DNA of 63,963 nucleotides, filler included, from Lenisia limosa (lineage: Eukaryota; Protista; Breviatea): assembly GCA_001655205.1 (NCBI GenBank). It is 15 parts of 15 records of this genome, joined end to end, with 100 filler letters (N's around TTAATTAATTAA, not from the genome) between each part and the next. Parts side by side here need not be neighbours in the genome. Positions count along the whole stretch, not along the records: positions 19,424 to 24,483 come from LPNZ01005152.1; positions 24,584 to 26,292 come from LPNZ01009707.1; positions 26,393 to 35,901 come from LPNZ01009016.1; 12 more parts are not named here. One strand, given 5' to 3'. Both the position numbers and the translations under genes were made by a program. How positions within the stretch are numbered: position 1 is the stretch's first letter; each line of letters opens with the position of its first letter. Shown here piece after piece: positions 23,093 through 33,400 of the stretch. Under the pieces are notes generated by a model. It saw nothing but the letters and a program-made list of their open reading frames with translations. It searched no databases and was not told the origin of the DNA.

Positions 23093-23614
23093 TTAATTCC
23101 AATAATTTATTAAATCATCAATTTCAAAGTTGCTTTCTGGAATGTAAATATTATCCCAATATAAGGTTCCGTTGATTTTCACAAAAACTCTGTAATAGCC
23201 AGAAGATAAGTTCTCTAAATTTAGCACTATATTTGTTGAGTTCAAGTCAATAGCTTCTATTTCGGCATTCAATTCGATTTCAGATTCAGCGTACAAGTCC
23301 GAGTTTAAAATTGTACTAAAGTCCGTTTGTTGATATATTTTTTCTGCATTAGCACTAGTAATCCAGACATCAGAAATATTTTCAGGTGCTGATAAACTTA
23401 ATGCTCCAGCAGGTGGGTTTGGATAAGCAATAAATTGATTATTGGTAAGAACATTTGGGTTACCTAATTTTATAGGTGCAGAAAATTCCGAGTTTCTTAT
23501 ATTAATTCCAGTTACTAATTCAATATTAGTTTCAGATGTAGAATTGTTGTTTTCATCGTCGTTGCTACAGCTAATCAATATTAAAAGAGCTAAAATAATT
23601 GTCATTCTTTTCAT
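23093..23614 (-). CDS. Bacteroidota lipoprotein with CTD-like Ig motifs
   Basis: MKRMTIILALLILISC|SNDD lipobox; AYPNPP...LNLENLSSGYYRVFVK. It is a separate gene from the upstream ORF. Confidence 0.85.
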   Translation of the reverse strand: MKRMTIILALLILISCSNDDENNNSTSETNIELVTGINIRNSEFSAPIKLGNPNVLTNNQFIAYPNPPAGALSLSAPENISDVWITSANAEKIYQQTDFSTILNSDLYAESEIELNAEIEAIDLNSTNIVLNLENLSSGYYRVFVKINGTLYWDNIYIPESNFEIDDLINYWN

Positions 23615-23630
23615 TCGTATTTTTTTTAAT

Positions 23631-23740
23631 GTTGGGTAACGGTCTCGGCTATGANNNNNNNNNNNNNNNNNNNNNNNNNNNNNNNNNNNNNNNNNNNNNN
23701 NNNNNNNNNNNNNNNNNNNNNNNNNNNNNNNNNNNNNNNN
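23631..23740 (-). other. attC-like site C (R' half visible, remainder in N gap)
   Basis: Minus strand TCATAGCCGAGACC-GTTACCCAAC, 16 nt before the ATG at 23614. Confidence 0.6.
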
Positions 23741-24421
23741 TGATTCCATTTCGTGTAATTTTTCGGGCAGTGTTTCTCTTAATTCTTTGGACACTTTCGA
23801 CATTTCATCAGAGTAATGTTTAAAATATTCCGCTGAAATTTGTCCGCTTTCTATTCTTGCTTTACTGTATCCAAATTCCCAACCTTTATCCCAATATTCT
23901 TTAAACAGTTCATCAATGAATTCACAAAACTTTACAGAAAAAAACAGTTTATTGGGAATGTAATAGTTCTTAAAATCATCAATTGCTTTATTAACTCTCG
24001 TAGTTCTTTCTTGACTTTCTTTTTCAGCATCTTCGATAATCGGTTGAAGTGTAGCTGTCCAATTCATCATTGCAGAATGTAACTCTTGAAGTTTTCTATA
24101 TAATTCAAGAATTACTTTAGCTCTTTCTTGATGTAAGTAACCGTACTCAATTTGATGATTAATATTGTTTTTAGCCAATTCAGATTTAATTGGTTCAATT
24201 TTCAAGGCAAGCTCTTCATTCAGTTTGCTTTTGTAAGACTCAAGTTTCTCGTTAAAATCTTTTTTTACCTTTTCTTCTAATTCCGTTAGTTGTTCTCTTG
24301 TCGAAAGTTTGGCAACTTCATTTCCCAAAGATTTAAGCCAAGACTTGTAAAAAATGAAGTAAGAGGCAATTAAAAATAGTGCAACTTTTATTAATAATTC
24401 AATCCAATTTATTTCGTTCAT
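23741..24421 (-). CDS. Hypothetical bacterial protein: N-terminal TM helix, coiled coil and helical domain; stop lies in the gap
   Basis: MNEINWIELLIKVALFLIASYFIFYKSWL followed by a Lys/Glu-rich segment; open to the N gap at 23740. Confidence 0.8.
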
Positions 24422-24438
24422 TCGTTGTCGTATTTAAT

Positions 24439-24484
24439 TGTGCCTAACTCGTTATATAATAACAAATATAATCTTTTAAGGGAN
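24439..24484 (-). other. attC-like site D (R' half, truncated by contig end)
   Basis: Minus strand TATATAACGA-GTTAGGC (canonical GTTRRRY), 20 nt before the ATG at 24421. Confidence 0.6.
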
Positions 24485-24584
24485 NNNNNNNNNNNNNNNN
24501 NNNNNNNNNNNNNNNNNNNNNNNNNNNTTAATTAATTAANNNNNNNNNNNNNNNNNNNNNNNNNNNNNNNNNNNNNNNNNNNNC

Positions 24585-25150
24585 TTGCGTCAACAGCATG
24601 TAGGATTGACTAAGAAGCTGGGAGGGGGGGGGGGAGTAAAATTGGAAAATTTATACAAACAACAAAAAGAGCCCAAATCAACTCTGTTGCTCTGACAACA
24701 CGAAATTGGAAAATACACACACAAAAAAAAGCAGCCCCAAAACTGTTGGGAACGAATATACAAGGGAATACTCAGTACCCACCTCGAAAAGAGCAGTCAC
24801 CATGGCCGGCCCGTCTACAGTGCCAACTTCGTCTTGGTGCGCCTCTCCCACTACACCAATTGCTGGGGTGTTAGGCTGAGGGGATCTCACTTAGATATCC
24901 ATATAAACATATAATATCATATGTATGCATATACATTCGAATCACACAAATACACAAAAAAAGAGATATTCTCACTCATATATAATATCATTTTATGATA
25001 TAACCAAAAACTACCCCTCCAACCACGAACAGCCACTTCGAGGCCGGCGGCGTTGGAGGCGGCAAGTTTCTTCATGTCGGCAAGGAAGGTGCCCCATTCG
25101 CAGTTGTGGGTTTGGACTGCAAGTTCTCCCAAGAGAAGCTGGAAAATGGG
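24585..25150 (-). CDS. Internal exons of an unidentified protein
   Basis: LLLGELAVQTHNCEWGTFLADMKKLAASNAAGLEVAVR and PNTPAIGVVGEAHQDEVGTVDGPAMVTALFE, each ending at a GT donor. Confidence 0.55.
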
Positions 25151-26392
25151 GAAAATTGAAACAAAAAAGCCAAAAATCAACTAGTATGTTAAAAGGGGGT
25201 AATTTTGAGGTACTGCGAGTTATAAAAACAAACAAAAAAGGTTCCATTTTCCGGACCGTAGGAAAGTCATATATGGTGCGCATAGTTTTGGTTTGACTGC
25301 ACTACTACATTTACTTTTGCTGTCATTCTGTGACTGAATTACCCCATCATGCGTACCGCGGTTTTGGTAATGAGGAAAAACGGGTCCGTGGGTAGACACC
25401 CCTAAAGCGTAATCTCAAAATGTCTTCCATGAAAAACATCAATGCTAGAAAAAAAAAACTGAGAAGGGCTGGATATCTGAACAGGGAATTTAGCAATATC
25501 AGAGAAGAGAATTGAAAAACATCAGAGAAGGGAGCTGGTCAAATAACTTGGAAGGGAACTGGAATTTTGGATGTTTTTTTTTTTTTTTGTACTGCGGGAT
25601 ACGGAACTATTGNNNNNNNNNNNNNNNNNNNNNNNNNNNNNNNNNNNNNNNNNNNNNNNNNNNNNNNNNNNNNNNNNNNNNNNTTCGGTTCTTTACAAAT
25701 TCATCCCCCCCCCACCCCCTTCCAACTTGCCCCATCATAATCAAAAGGAGGTAGAAATTTGTTTTGTGCCTGGTCTAAGTAAAGACCGGTCTCAGGAAGA
25801 TGGTTGGCCACTTTACACACTCCCCTCACTGAAGCCAACTGAAGCGATTTTGCCAAGATATTAGCCTGAGACTCAGGACGGAGCGAAACCCATCTAAATT
25901 TTCAAGATAATTGACAGATTACTGAGTGTTGATGTAGAAATGATGAAGGTGAAGGAAGCGCTCTTGTAAACTATGCGGAAACTACAGCCCCGACTTTCTT
26001 ATTTCATATCATGGTATTACAAAATAGTAGGAAAGCCCTTGAAAACATGGACACCACAGTAAATACATGGATAATTTAACAACAGCAGCCCTTCAGAGAA
26101 CATCCTTTGACTTAGTAGTAGTATTTACACTTGCTATATAAACCATTATTTCGACCACCTAGTAAAGGAGAGAATCGATAATTCTTTTCAAAAATAAAGC
26201 TCAAGTGAAATTATAACAAAGATAGTTACACCCCCTCCCCATGTTTATTTGGTGGCGTAACAGTTAGAGAGTAAGGGCTCTTCCAGGTTTTTNNNNNNNN
26301 NNNNNNNNNNNNNNNNNNNNNNNNNNNNNNNNNNNNTTAATTAATTAANNNNNNNNNNNNNNNNNNNNNNNNNNNNNNNNNNNNNNNNNNNN

Positions 26393-26672
26393 ATGCATCC
26401 TTTCTTATCAATATCACCATGCATCCTTTCTTATCAATATCACCATACATCCCCTCTTATCAATATCACCATGCATCCTTTCTTATCAATATCACCATAC
26501 ATCCTTTCTTATCAATATCACCATACATCCTTTCTTATCAATATCACCATGCATCCTTTCTTATCAATATCACCATGCATCCTTTCTTATCAATGTCACC
26601 ATGCATCCTTTCTTATCAATGTCACCATGCATCCTTTCTTATCAATGTCACCATGCATCCCCTCTTATCAAT
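26393..26672. repeat. 26-bp minisatellite, ~10.5 units
   Basis: Head-to-tail ATGCATCCTTTCTTATCAAT(A/G)TCACC with no spacers. Confidence 0.95.
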
Positions 26673-26738
26673 GTTGTCTTCCTCCCCTTCTTACCCTAGC
26701 CCCTTCTTATCCTAGCCCCCTCTCTTATTAATACCCCA

Positions 26739-29700
26739 GTGTCCACGGCCACGTCTCGAGTTGCTGAACTGGAGAACTCCCTGGCCCTTTCCAAAATAGA
26801 GGCGACAGGCATCAAGGAGCAGGTAGGGCTTGTCACTTTTTGGGGTTTTGTGGTATAGTCTTGACTAGGGCTTTACTTTGGAACGAAAAAGACCTGTAAA
26901 TTATCGATAGTTTTCGAGGATTTATCGAGAAATTCAGTCTTTTTTCGAACCGAAGTGAAGCCCAAGTGATAACACTTTATATCGCCGTCCTTTAAGTACG
27001 CTGGAGTGATGTGATGCGGAACTCCAGAAGTGACTGGCATGGGCATTGTTTGTTTTGTTGTTATCAACCCTCTTTTGTGTTGATTTGGGCTCTTTTTNNN
27101 NNNNNNNNNNNNNNNNNNNNNNNNNNNNNNNNNNNNNNNNNNNNNNNNNNNNNNNNNNNNNNNNNNNNNNNNNNNNNNNNNNNNNNNNNNNNNNNNNNNN
27201 NNNNNAAAAGAGCTTGAAACCTCCAACAAAAAACTCAAGGCCAAGTTGCTTGCTGTGGGTGTGGAAAAGTAAAGCGCATTCCTTCATGATGTTGATCTCT
27301 TTTTTTATCTTAGGCCTGTGTCTTTCTGTCCTCACTTTCAACACACAAGATTGATGACCCCCCCCCCATACAGGCTGAAACCACCAACGCAGAACTGGAG
27401 GCCTGTGTTTCTGAGACTTTGATGGAACGAGACGAGCTTGAACAAGAACTGAGCAAGGTGGGACTCAACTTAAGCGTAGTTAGAACCAAGCTAATACCCT
27501 TACTAAGTCCATACGCCCAATAGCCATTAGAGACAAACCAATACCCCTTACCGACCAGTTTCGTCGGAAGCAACGCTCGCGAGCCTCGTTCTCACCCGTG
27601 CGATCTGTTACCCCTGTTTCCCACGCCGAGCCCCCTGGAGCGGACATGGAACAGATTGCTGAAGAGGTTCGGGGTGGGGGTGGGTCAATGGATATTAATA
27701 ATGGTTTTTGTTCATTTTTTTTTTTTTCATCAATTAATTTTTTTTTTTTTTNNNNNNNNNNNNNNNNNNNNNNNNNNNNNNNNNNNNNNNNNNNNNNNNN
27801 NNNNNNNNNNNNNNNNNNNNNNNNNNNNNNNNNNNNNNNNNNNNNNNAGTGCTGTGCCAGGTATGAATTCGCTATTCTAATTTAATAATTAATATGATAT
27901 TACATATGTTGCTTTTTTTTCTGTGGAGGAGCAAGATACTCAGACCTTTACAGAACCAACATACCCCTTCATGAAGTTATTGTGTGCGGATTTGACGCCC
28001 CTAGAACGACTGCGGAGTAGTAGTGCCCACACGCCGTCACGAGAGCCGCATCAGGTCGGTTGCCCTGTGCTATGAATGCTGTTGGTAGTAGCACTGCTAT
28101 TTTAAGAACATATAGTTGTGTCCTTTGCTGATCTGCAAGTCAAATGTTAAATCACTCACCTCTTCAGGCCCGACCACATAGCGCTTGGTCATCACCAGCA
28201 CAAAGCCCCCAGCCATCAATGCAGCAAACTGCATCAATGAACACTCTTTCCCCTCATCAGCCCATTAGACAGGTGGGAATGTTTTTTTTGTTTTTTATAG
28301 GGGAAGGGGAGTGTGTGTTGAGGCTTAATTGTCCGGCGTTCTATCCCCTTCTCTAAATAGTCACACTATAGAACCCTGGAGTGTCCCCGCGCCCCGGGCA
28401 GACACCAGTCCCCCACCATCCATCAACAAAACGTAAGCACTGTCTTTTTCACGCGTATGATTCTGGAATATTTTCCAGTAACATATTCCAAGAACCCTCA
28501 GACCCGGAACTACTACTTAGTATTGATATATCAGCTAAATAAATGTTGTGCAGTACATTTTACTTACCTTATTCTAACCACTCACCACAGAATGCAACCA
28601 GCCCCCTCATGACAGTCACTTGACACCCGCTCAGTCATCACCGCACCTTGGAAGCCCTCCTCCAAAGTTGGCGAACTGGAATAACTATTCTCACGATGCT
28701 CTTGTAGTATCTTAACGGCCTCTTCCTCCAACTGCTTTTACCTTATGTTGTAGGGATGATGGAATGGAACGCGCCACCACTGCTGCTGTTCTTTCGCCGC
28801 CTACCCAAGTTAACCAAAACCTTGGTCCACAACTCCATCCAAATAGCCCGCAGAATGCCCCCGTGTTCAACCAACAGCCGCTAGTACGCTTAATTTGAAC
28901 AGTGCTCATATTTTCTCTCAGTAATTCACCACTTGTACTCATCCCATATTCGCTCTACTTATCCATCAATGGCACTTCTTGGTTGTCTTCATATTGTTAT
29001 TCGCCCCAACACTTCGATAATTTTCCTAGACCATCCCCCCCCCCCCCNNNNNNNNNNNNNNNNNNNNNNNNNNNNNNNNNNNNNNNNNNNNNNNNNNNNN
29101 NNNNNNNNNNNNNNNNNNNNNNNNNNNNNNNNNAGTTCAGGGCTCGTCTCATAGGCACTAGTCCGCAAAAAGCCCCTCCACCTGCCTTTGTTCCTCAACA
29201 ACCCCAGCCACACCTTCCCCTACAACAATTTCATCAACAAATGGTGTGTAATGATCTATAATAATTCTGTATTATTCAAAGAATTTTTCAAAACTCCAAA
29301 TATATCAACCAGAAAAATGTGGCACTTCATGGAGTCTTATTTCTTAGTTCCCCCATATCACAAATGCATACTAACCTTTAGGCCCACAACCCACAACATC
29401 CAATTGCCTCGCCTATGTTACCGCCGTCGTCTCAACCGGCAACCCCCGTATACTCCCCAATGTCTAGACAGCATGTTGACCAAGGTGGGAACATGTCCAT
29501 ACTTTTGTACACTGGATATGAACGGAATGTGCAAGAGCATTTTTTTGTTTTATTATGATCATTTATTCATATTTGACCCTCCCAGATTTGGCAAGCTTGA
29601 CAGCCCAGCTACTAGGAGGGCCGCCCCAGAGAAAACAGTACCAGAGTATGCTGAGATCATAAGCAATATCGGGTTAATACTGCATTCACTTCTGGATTGT

Positions 29701-30059
29701 TCATCAAATCAACGGTTTTTCTCCATTACATCCATTCAACACTGGCTAGCTTAGGCCAGATAAAACCTTTTATTCTCCCATTTCTATATTCTATAGTTGT
29801 TTAACTACCAAGACCGCACCGTCGTTGCAGGTCCCCATGCAACCCTTGTTAAACCGCATGTCCCAACACCGTCTCCAACACAGCGTGGTCGGCAGGAGCC
29901 TGCAAAAGGTGCGACCTTGATTTTACGTTGAAAATATTTGATACGAGCTCTTTGTATTGTGTTGCTTTTCTATCTCCCACTTATCTTTCGTAGCCCCTGC
30001 GTCTAAACCCTCCTTCCGCCGCAAGAATACCCCTCGCAGTACCCGCCCTACGCCCTAGA
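26739..30059 (+). CDS. Coiled-coil then Pro/Gln-rich protein, 3' portion, multi-exon
   Basis: Exons VSTATSRVAELENSLALSKIEATGIKEQ, AETTNAELEACVSETLMERDELEQELSK, several Pro/Gln-rich exons, and terminal ASKPSFRRKNTPRSTRPTP*. Confidence 0.65.
26866..26965. mobile_element. hAT MITE family A copy
   Basis: TIRs and core conserved; flanks GTCTTGAC / GTGATAAC (5/8). Confidence 0.85.
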
Positions 30060-30489
30060 TAGTTTTTTTAGTATTTAATTACATGAGAGATGTTGCCTGT
30101 TCTTCTGGCAAAGAATACCATTTTTAAATGAGTTAAGAGGACGGGCATTAGAAACAAAGTCTGGCATTATTTTATGATTACAAATCCGACATTGGCACAT
30201 TTACTGTCTGGAAAACCAAACAAATAGCTGTGTTTCAGCCAGTCTTCCCCATTCAGTAAAAATGAATTTTCAAGATAAGGCAAAGAGTTAATTGATCATC
30301 AAAATTAAAACAACAATAAAATAAGAATTCCCCCGGACCTATAAAATACGAAAGAAACAATTACAAGATACAACAAAAACAAAAGAACATTAGAACCAAG
30401 GAACAAGTTGTCCTAAGTTCAAAATAGCCTCCTAAATTTCAAAAATATATGTAAGTAGTTGATCCAGTAGTTATGTCACATAGTATCAT

Positions 30490-33400
30490 ATTATTCATAG
30501 AATAAAGGAAATATAATGGGCGTGAGAGGTTTATCTAACTGGGTGATGGGTGCGGGAGAAGCTTGGATACTGGGATCAGCATCAGCGGAGGCGCATATAT
30601 AGGTACGTATATATTCCTCCGACTGATATAAAAAAAAATACAAGTAATACATTAGAAGACTAAAACAATAAATCAAACATATACAAAGTGGAACAAAAGA
30701 GAGTTGTAGAGCTCACTAAAAGCGTAAGTCATGCATGTAATCCGCTTGAACCTGAACTTAAACCACGGTTCCAAGAACCTGAGATACATGTCCATGATCT
30801 ACACATACCTCAGTAGTGTTGACCTGGTCGAACACGTAGTCAAGATTTTGGTCGGGGTAGAGGGACTTCCAGTCCTCAAGATGCTAAAGAGTGAATCAAA
30901 AACGAAAAAAAAAAACGGGAAACAGGAAAAAAAAAAAAAAAAAAAANNNNNNNNNNNNNNNNNNNNNNNNNNNNNNNNNNNNNNNNNNNNNNNNNNNNNN
31001 NNNNNNNNNNNNNNNNNNNNNNNNNNNTCGAACGATCGTTGATGAACCTTGATCATGCCTGTATCACTAGGGAAAGACATGGGATTGACAAAAAGCCGAA
31101 TAGCCGTGTGAGCCGATAAGATGCCGTCCCCAGTCAGCACTGGAGATGCCCTCAACAGAGAAACAGTCTCGCGCAACCCCAGAATCTACATGGTTGTAAG
31201 TCGCCTTCTCTGAAAAAATATCCAGAAAGAAAACCAGCCAAACGTGGATAGTCTGTTATATAGAATTTGTGGCTTCCTCTTCCCCTCAAACAAGAACTAG
31301 TCGTAAGAAGGCCGTTTCGCTCATCATTGAACATTGGGCATGTACCGCAATACGTGTGAGAATCTATACATATCATCATACGTTCTCACAGTAAGGCAGG
31401 AAGTATCGGAGCGGTTCATCTCATATTCGCTACAATGAAAAAAGACAAATAAACATGTTCTTAAAAGTCTTCTTTACCTCGCAGATAAGGCTGTCACTGA
31501 GACTGATGGTTGGGGGAATCACCTTGTCATCCCACGCCAATGTACCGTCCCCAGGAATCTGAGGTGTAAATGGCCTGTTCTCACAGAGCGATTGATATTA
31601 ACCTTCATTGTTGGTATCCAGAGCATAGTCTTAGTCCACAGGCACTCTCCCTACCAAATGCTGGGGTATCAAATGCCTGCCCGATTCGCCGAGAAACTCC
31701 AGATAGCTTCGGTACAGCTTAGTCTCTGACCACCTGCAGGTCAAGAGAGCTATAAAACAAAAACACAATTTCTTGAAGGACGTGATGTTATGGTCAGAAA
31801 CGATCCAGAAGTGGTGAACAAAGGAAAAATAACATAAACATCATGCTGCTGAAGAAGAACTAAAACTCAAATCATTCGAGAATTTGCTTACCAGAATGGG
31901 GGGTAAACAGACAGGTGGATGTGTTCGTACATCTACAAAACATTAGGTCTTCAGTTTAAAAGCTCAAAATAACACGATTTAAAACATACTTACCTCTGGA
32001 GGCAAATGCGTTTGCTCCACAGCAATTTCAGTGAAATGGGGTAGGGAAATCATATCCATGTGGGCGTAGACAGAGATACAATTTTCTATCACTGAAGTGG
32101 TTATTTCAAAGCGGGGGGAGGGGGAATGGTCTAACCAGACAAATACTTCATATTTCCAAATATGACGTCAAAGAAAGCGTGTTGAAGTATTGTCACCGTC
32201 AAAGTTGAAGAAGCACACCTCGTTGTTTGAAGTACATTCGGTGCATGGACTGCAGCAAGCCGTGGAAAGAACGGTGGTCCCCAAACTTGACTGCTAGTCG
32301 AGACATAATGCGGAAGGCCATGGTAGGGGACTAGACCGTCAAATACGGCTTCTGTTTGGGCTTCACTTCGGTTCGAAAAAAGATTGAATTTATCGATAAA
32401 TCCTCCAAAACTATCGATATTTTACCGGTCTTTTTTGAACCGAAGTGAAGCCAATAATTTAGGTAAAAAGAACCACAGAAAACCAACTGACGAGAACTCC
32501 AAAAAAAAACAATGAACTTCAGAGACTACTCAAAAACGTGATCCCTCAAATTCTTAACGTTCATGACCCTCTGGATAGCCTACCTGTTGTGAAAAGAGGG
32601 CAACACATAAGAAACGAAGCGTCTGCAACGAGCAAGCTTCGGCAAGAGGGGCCTATATTGAATTAGTTACTCATATGGGGAACGTTCGCTTGTGGTGGTC
32701 CTATTCGGATACAAAACTAAGAGTATTAATAAACACTACATGTGTGCTTACCAGATCTTCGGTGATATGGGCAAGATTAGAGACCAGAGATGGGCGAAGA
32801 GACTGAAATAATCAGGTGCATGAAGAGTGGTCAAGTGATTTTTGGGACCAATCTGAAGACTTACTCAAATTACTCATTTATATAAACAAAACCCAAAGCA
32901 ACAAGTGCATTTGAAAGGAAAACATGGTTACGATAAAATGCATGTAGAATCTCAACACCCACATCAGTTTCATTGTTTTGGGCAATGTAAGTTCCAGTTA
33001 AGATTGAACTAAATAATGAGATGATGAACAACAGATAAGGAAATAGTAAAAAGTGACAATAGTGTGCAACCAATGCCTAAGATTTTTCAATAACGCAATA
33101 AATAGGGCTCTTTACGGTCCGAAAAAAACTGGTTAAATATCGAGAATTTATCGAAAAATTCTGTCTTTTTGGGACAGTAGGGAGCCCTAGCAATAGATAG
33201 TTGAACCTACATGAAACGCTCCTCAACCCGTCGCCTCTTAATGTCGGAGAGGGGCATGTACTGGAGAGCAAGAACCAAACTGTAGCAGTCCTAGTCGAGT
33301 TAAAACTTCATCGAATCCCCCAATGCAAAAACCAGAGTAGAATAAATTCCACGATCGTATTATTCGTGCCGGGCGGAGTAGCAGCCCCCCCCCCCCCNNN

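Larger units (their letters stand above)
19424..24484 (-). mobile_element. Bacterial (Flavobacteriia-like) contig: integron-like gene-cassette array, 4 cassettes, no integrase in view
   Basis: AT-rich, intron-free ORFs including a T9SS cargo protein and two lipoproteins. They are separated by co-oriented AAC...GTT imperfect-hairpin sites. The three co-oriented ORFs start ~20 nt after GTT, and the two visible stops lie 4-7 nt before R''. Confidence 0.7.

Noticed and set aside
23093-24421. 442-aa ORF in the track, suggesting a membrane-protein/lipoprotein fusion
   Set aside because: It reads through an N gap. A separate ATG with a lipobox at 23614 and an attC-like R' box at 23631-23640 show these are two genes.
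19424-24484. Horizontal transfer of bacterial genes into the eukaryote
   Set aside because: Both boundaries are artificial linkers. There are no introns, host repeats or compositional amelioration.
26393-26731. CRISPR array, or the repetitive ORFs MHPFLSISP... on the track
   Set aside because: Units are contiguous with no spacers, there are no cas genes, and the context is eukaryotic. The ORFs are by-products of a stop-free repeat.
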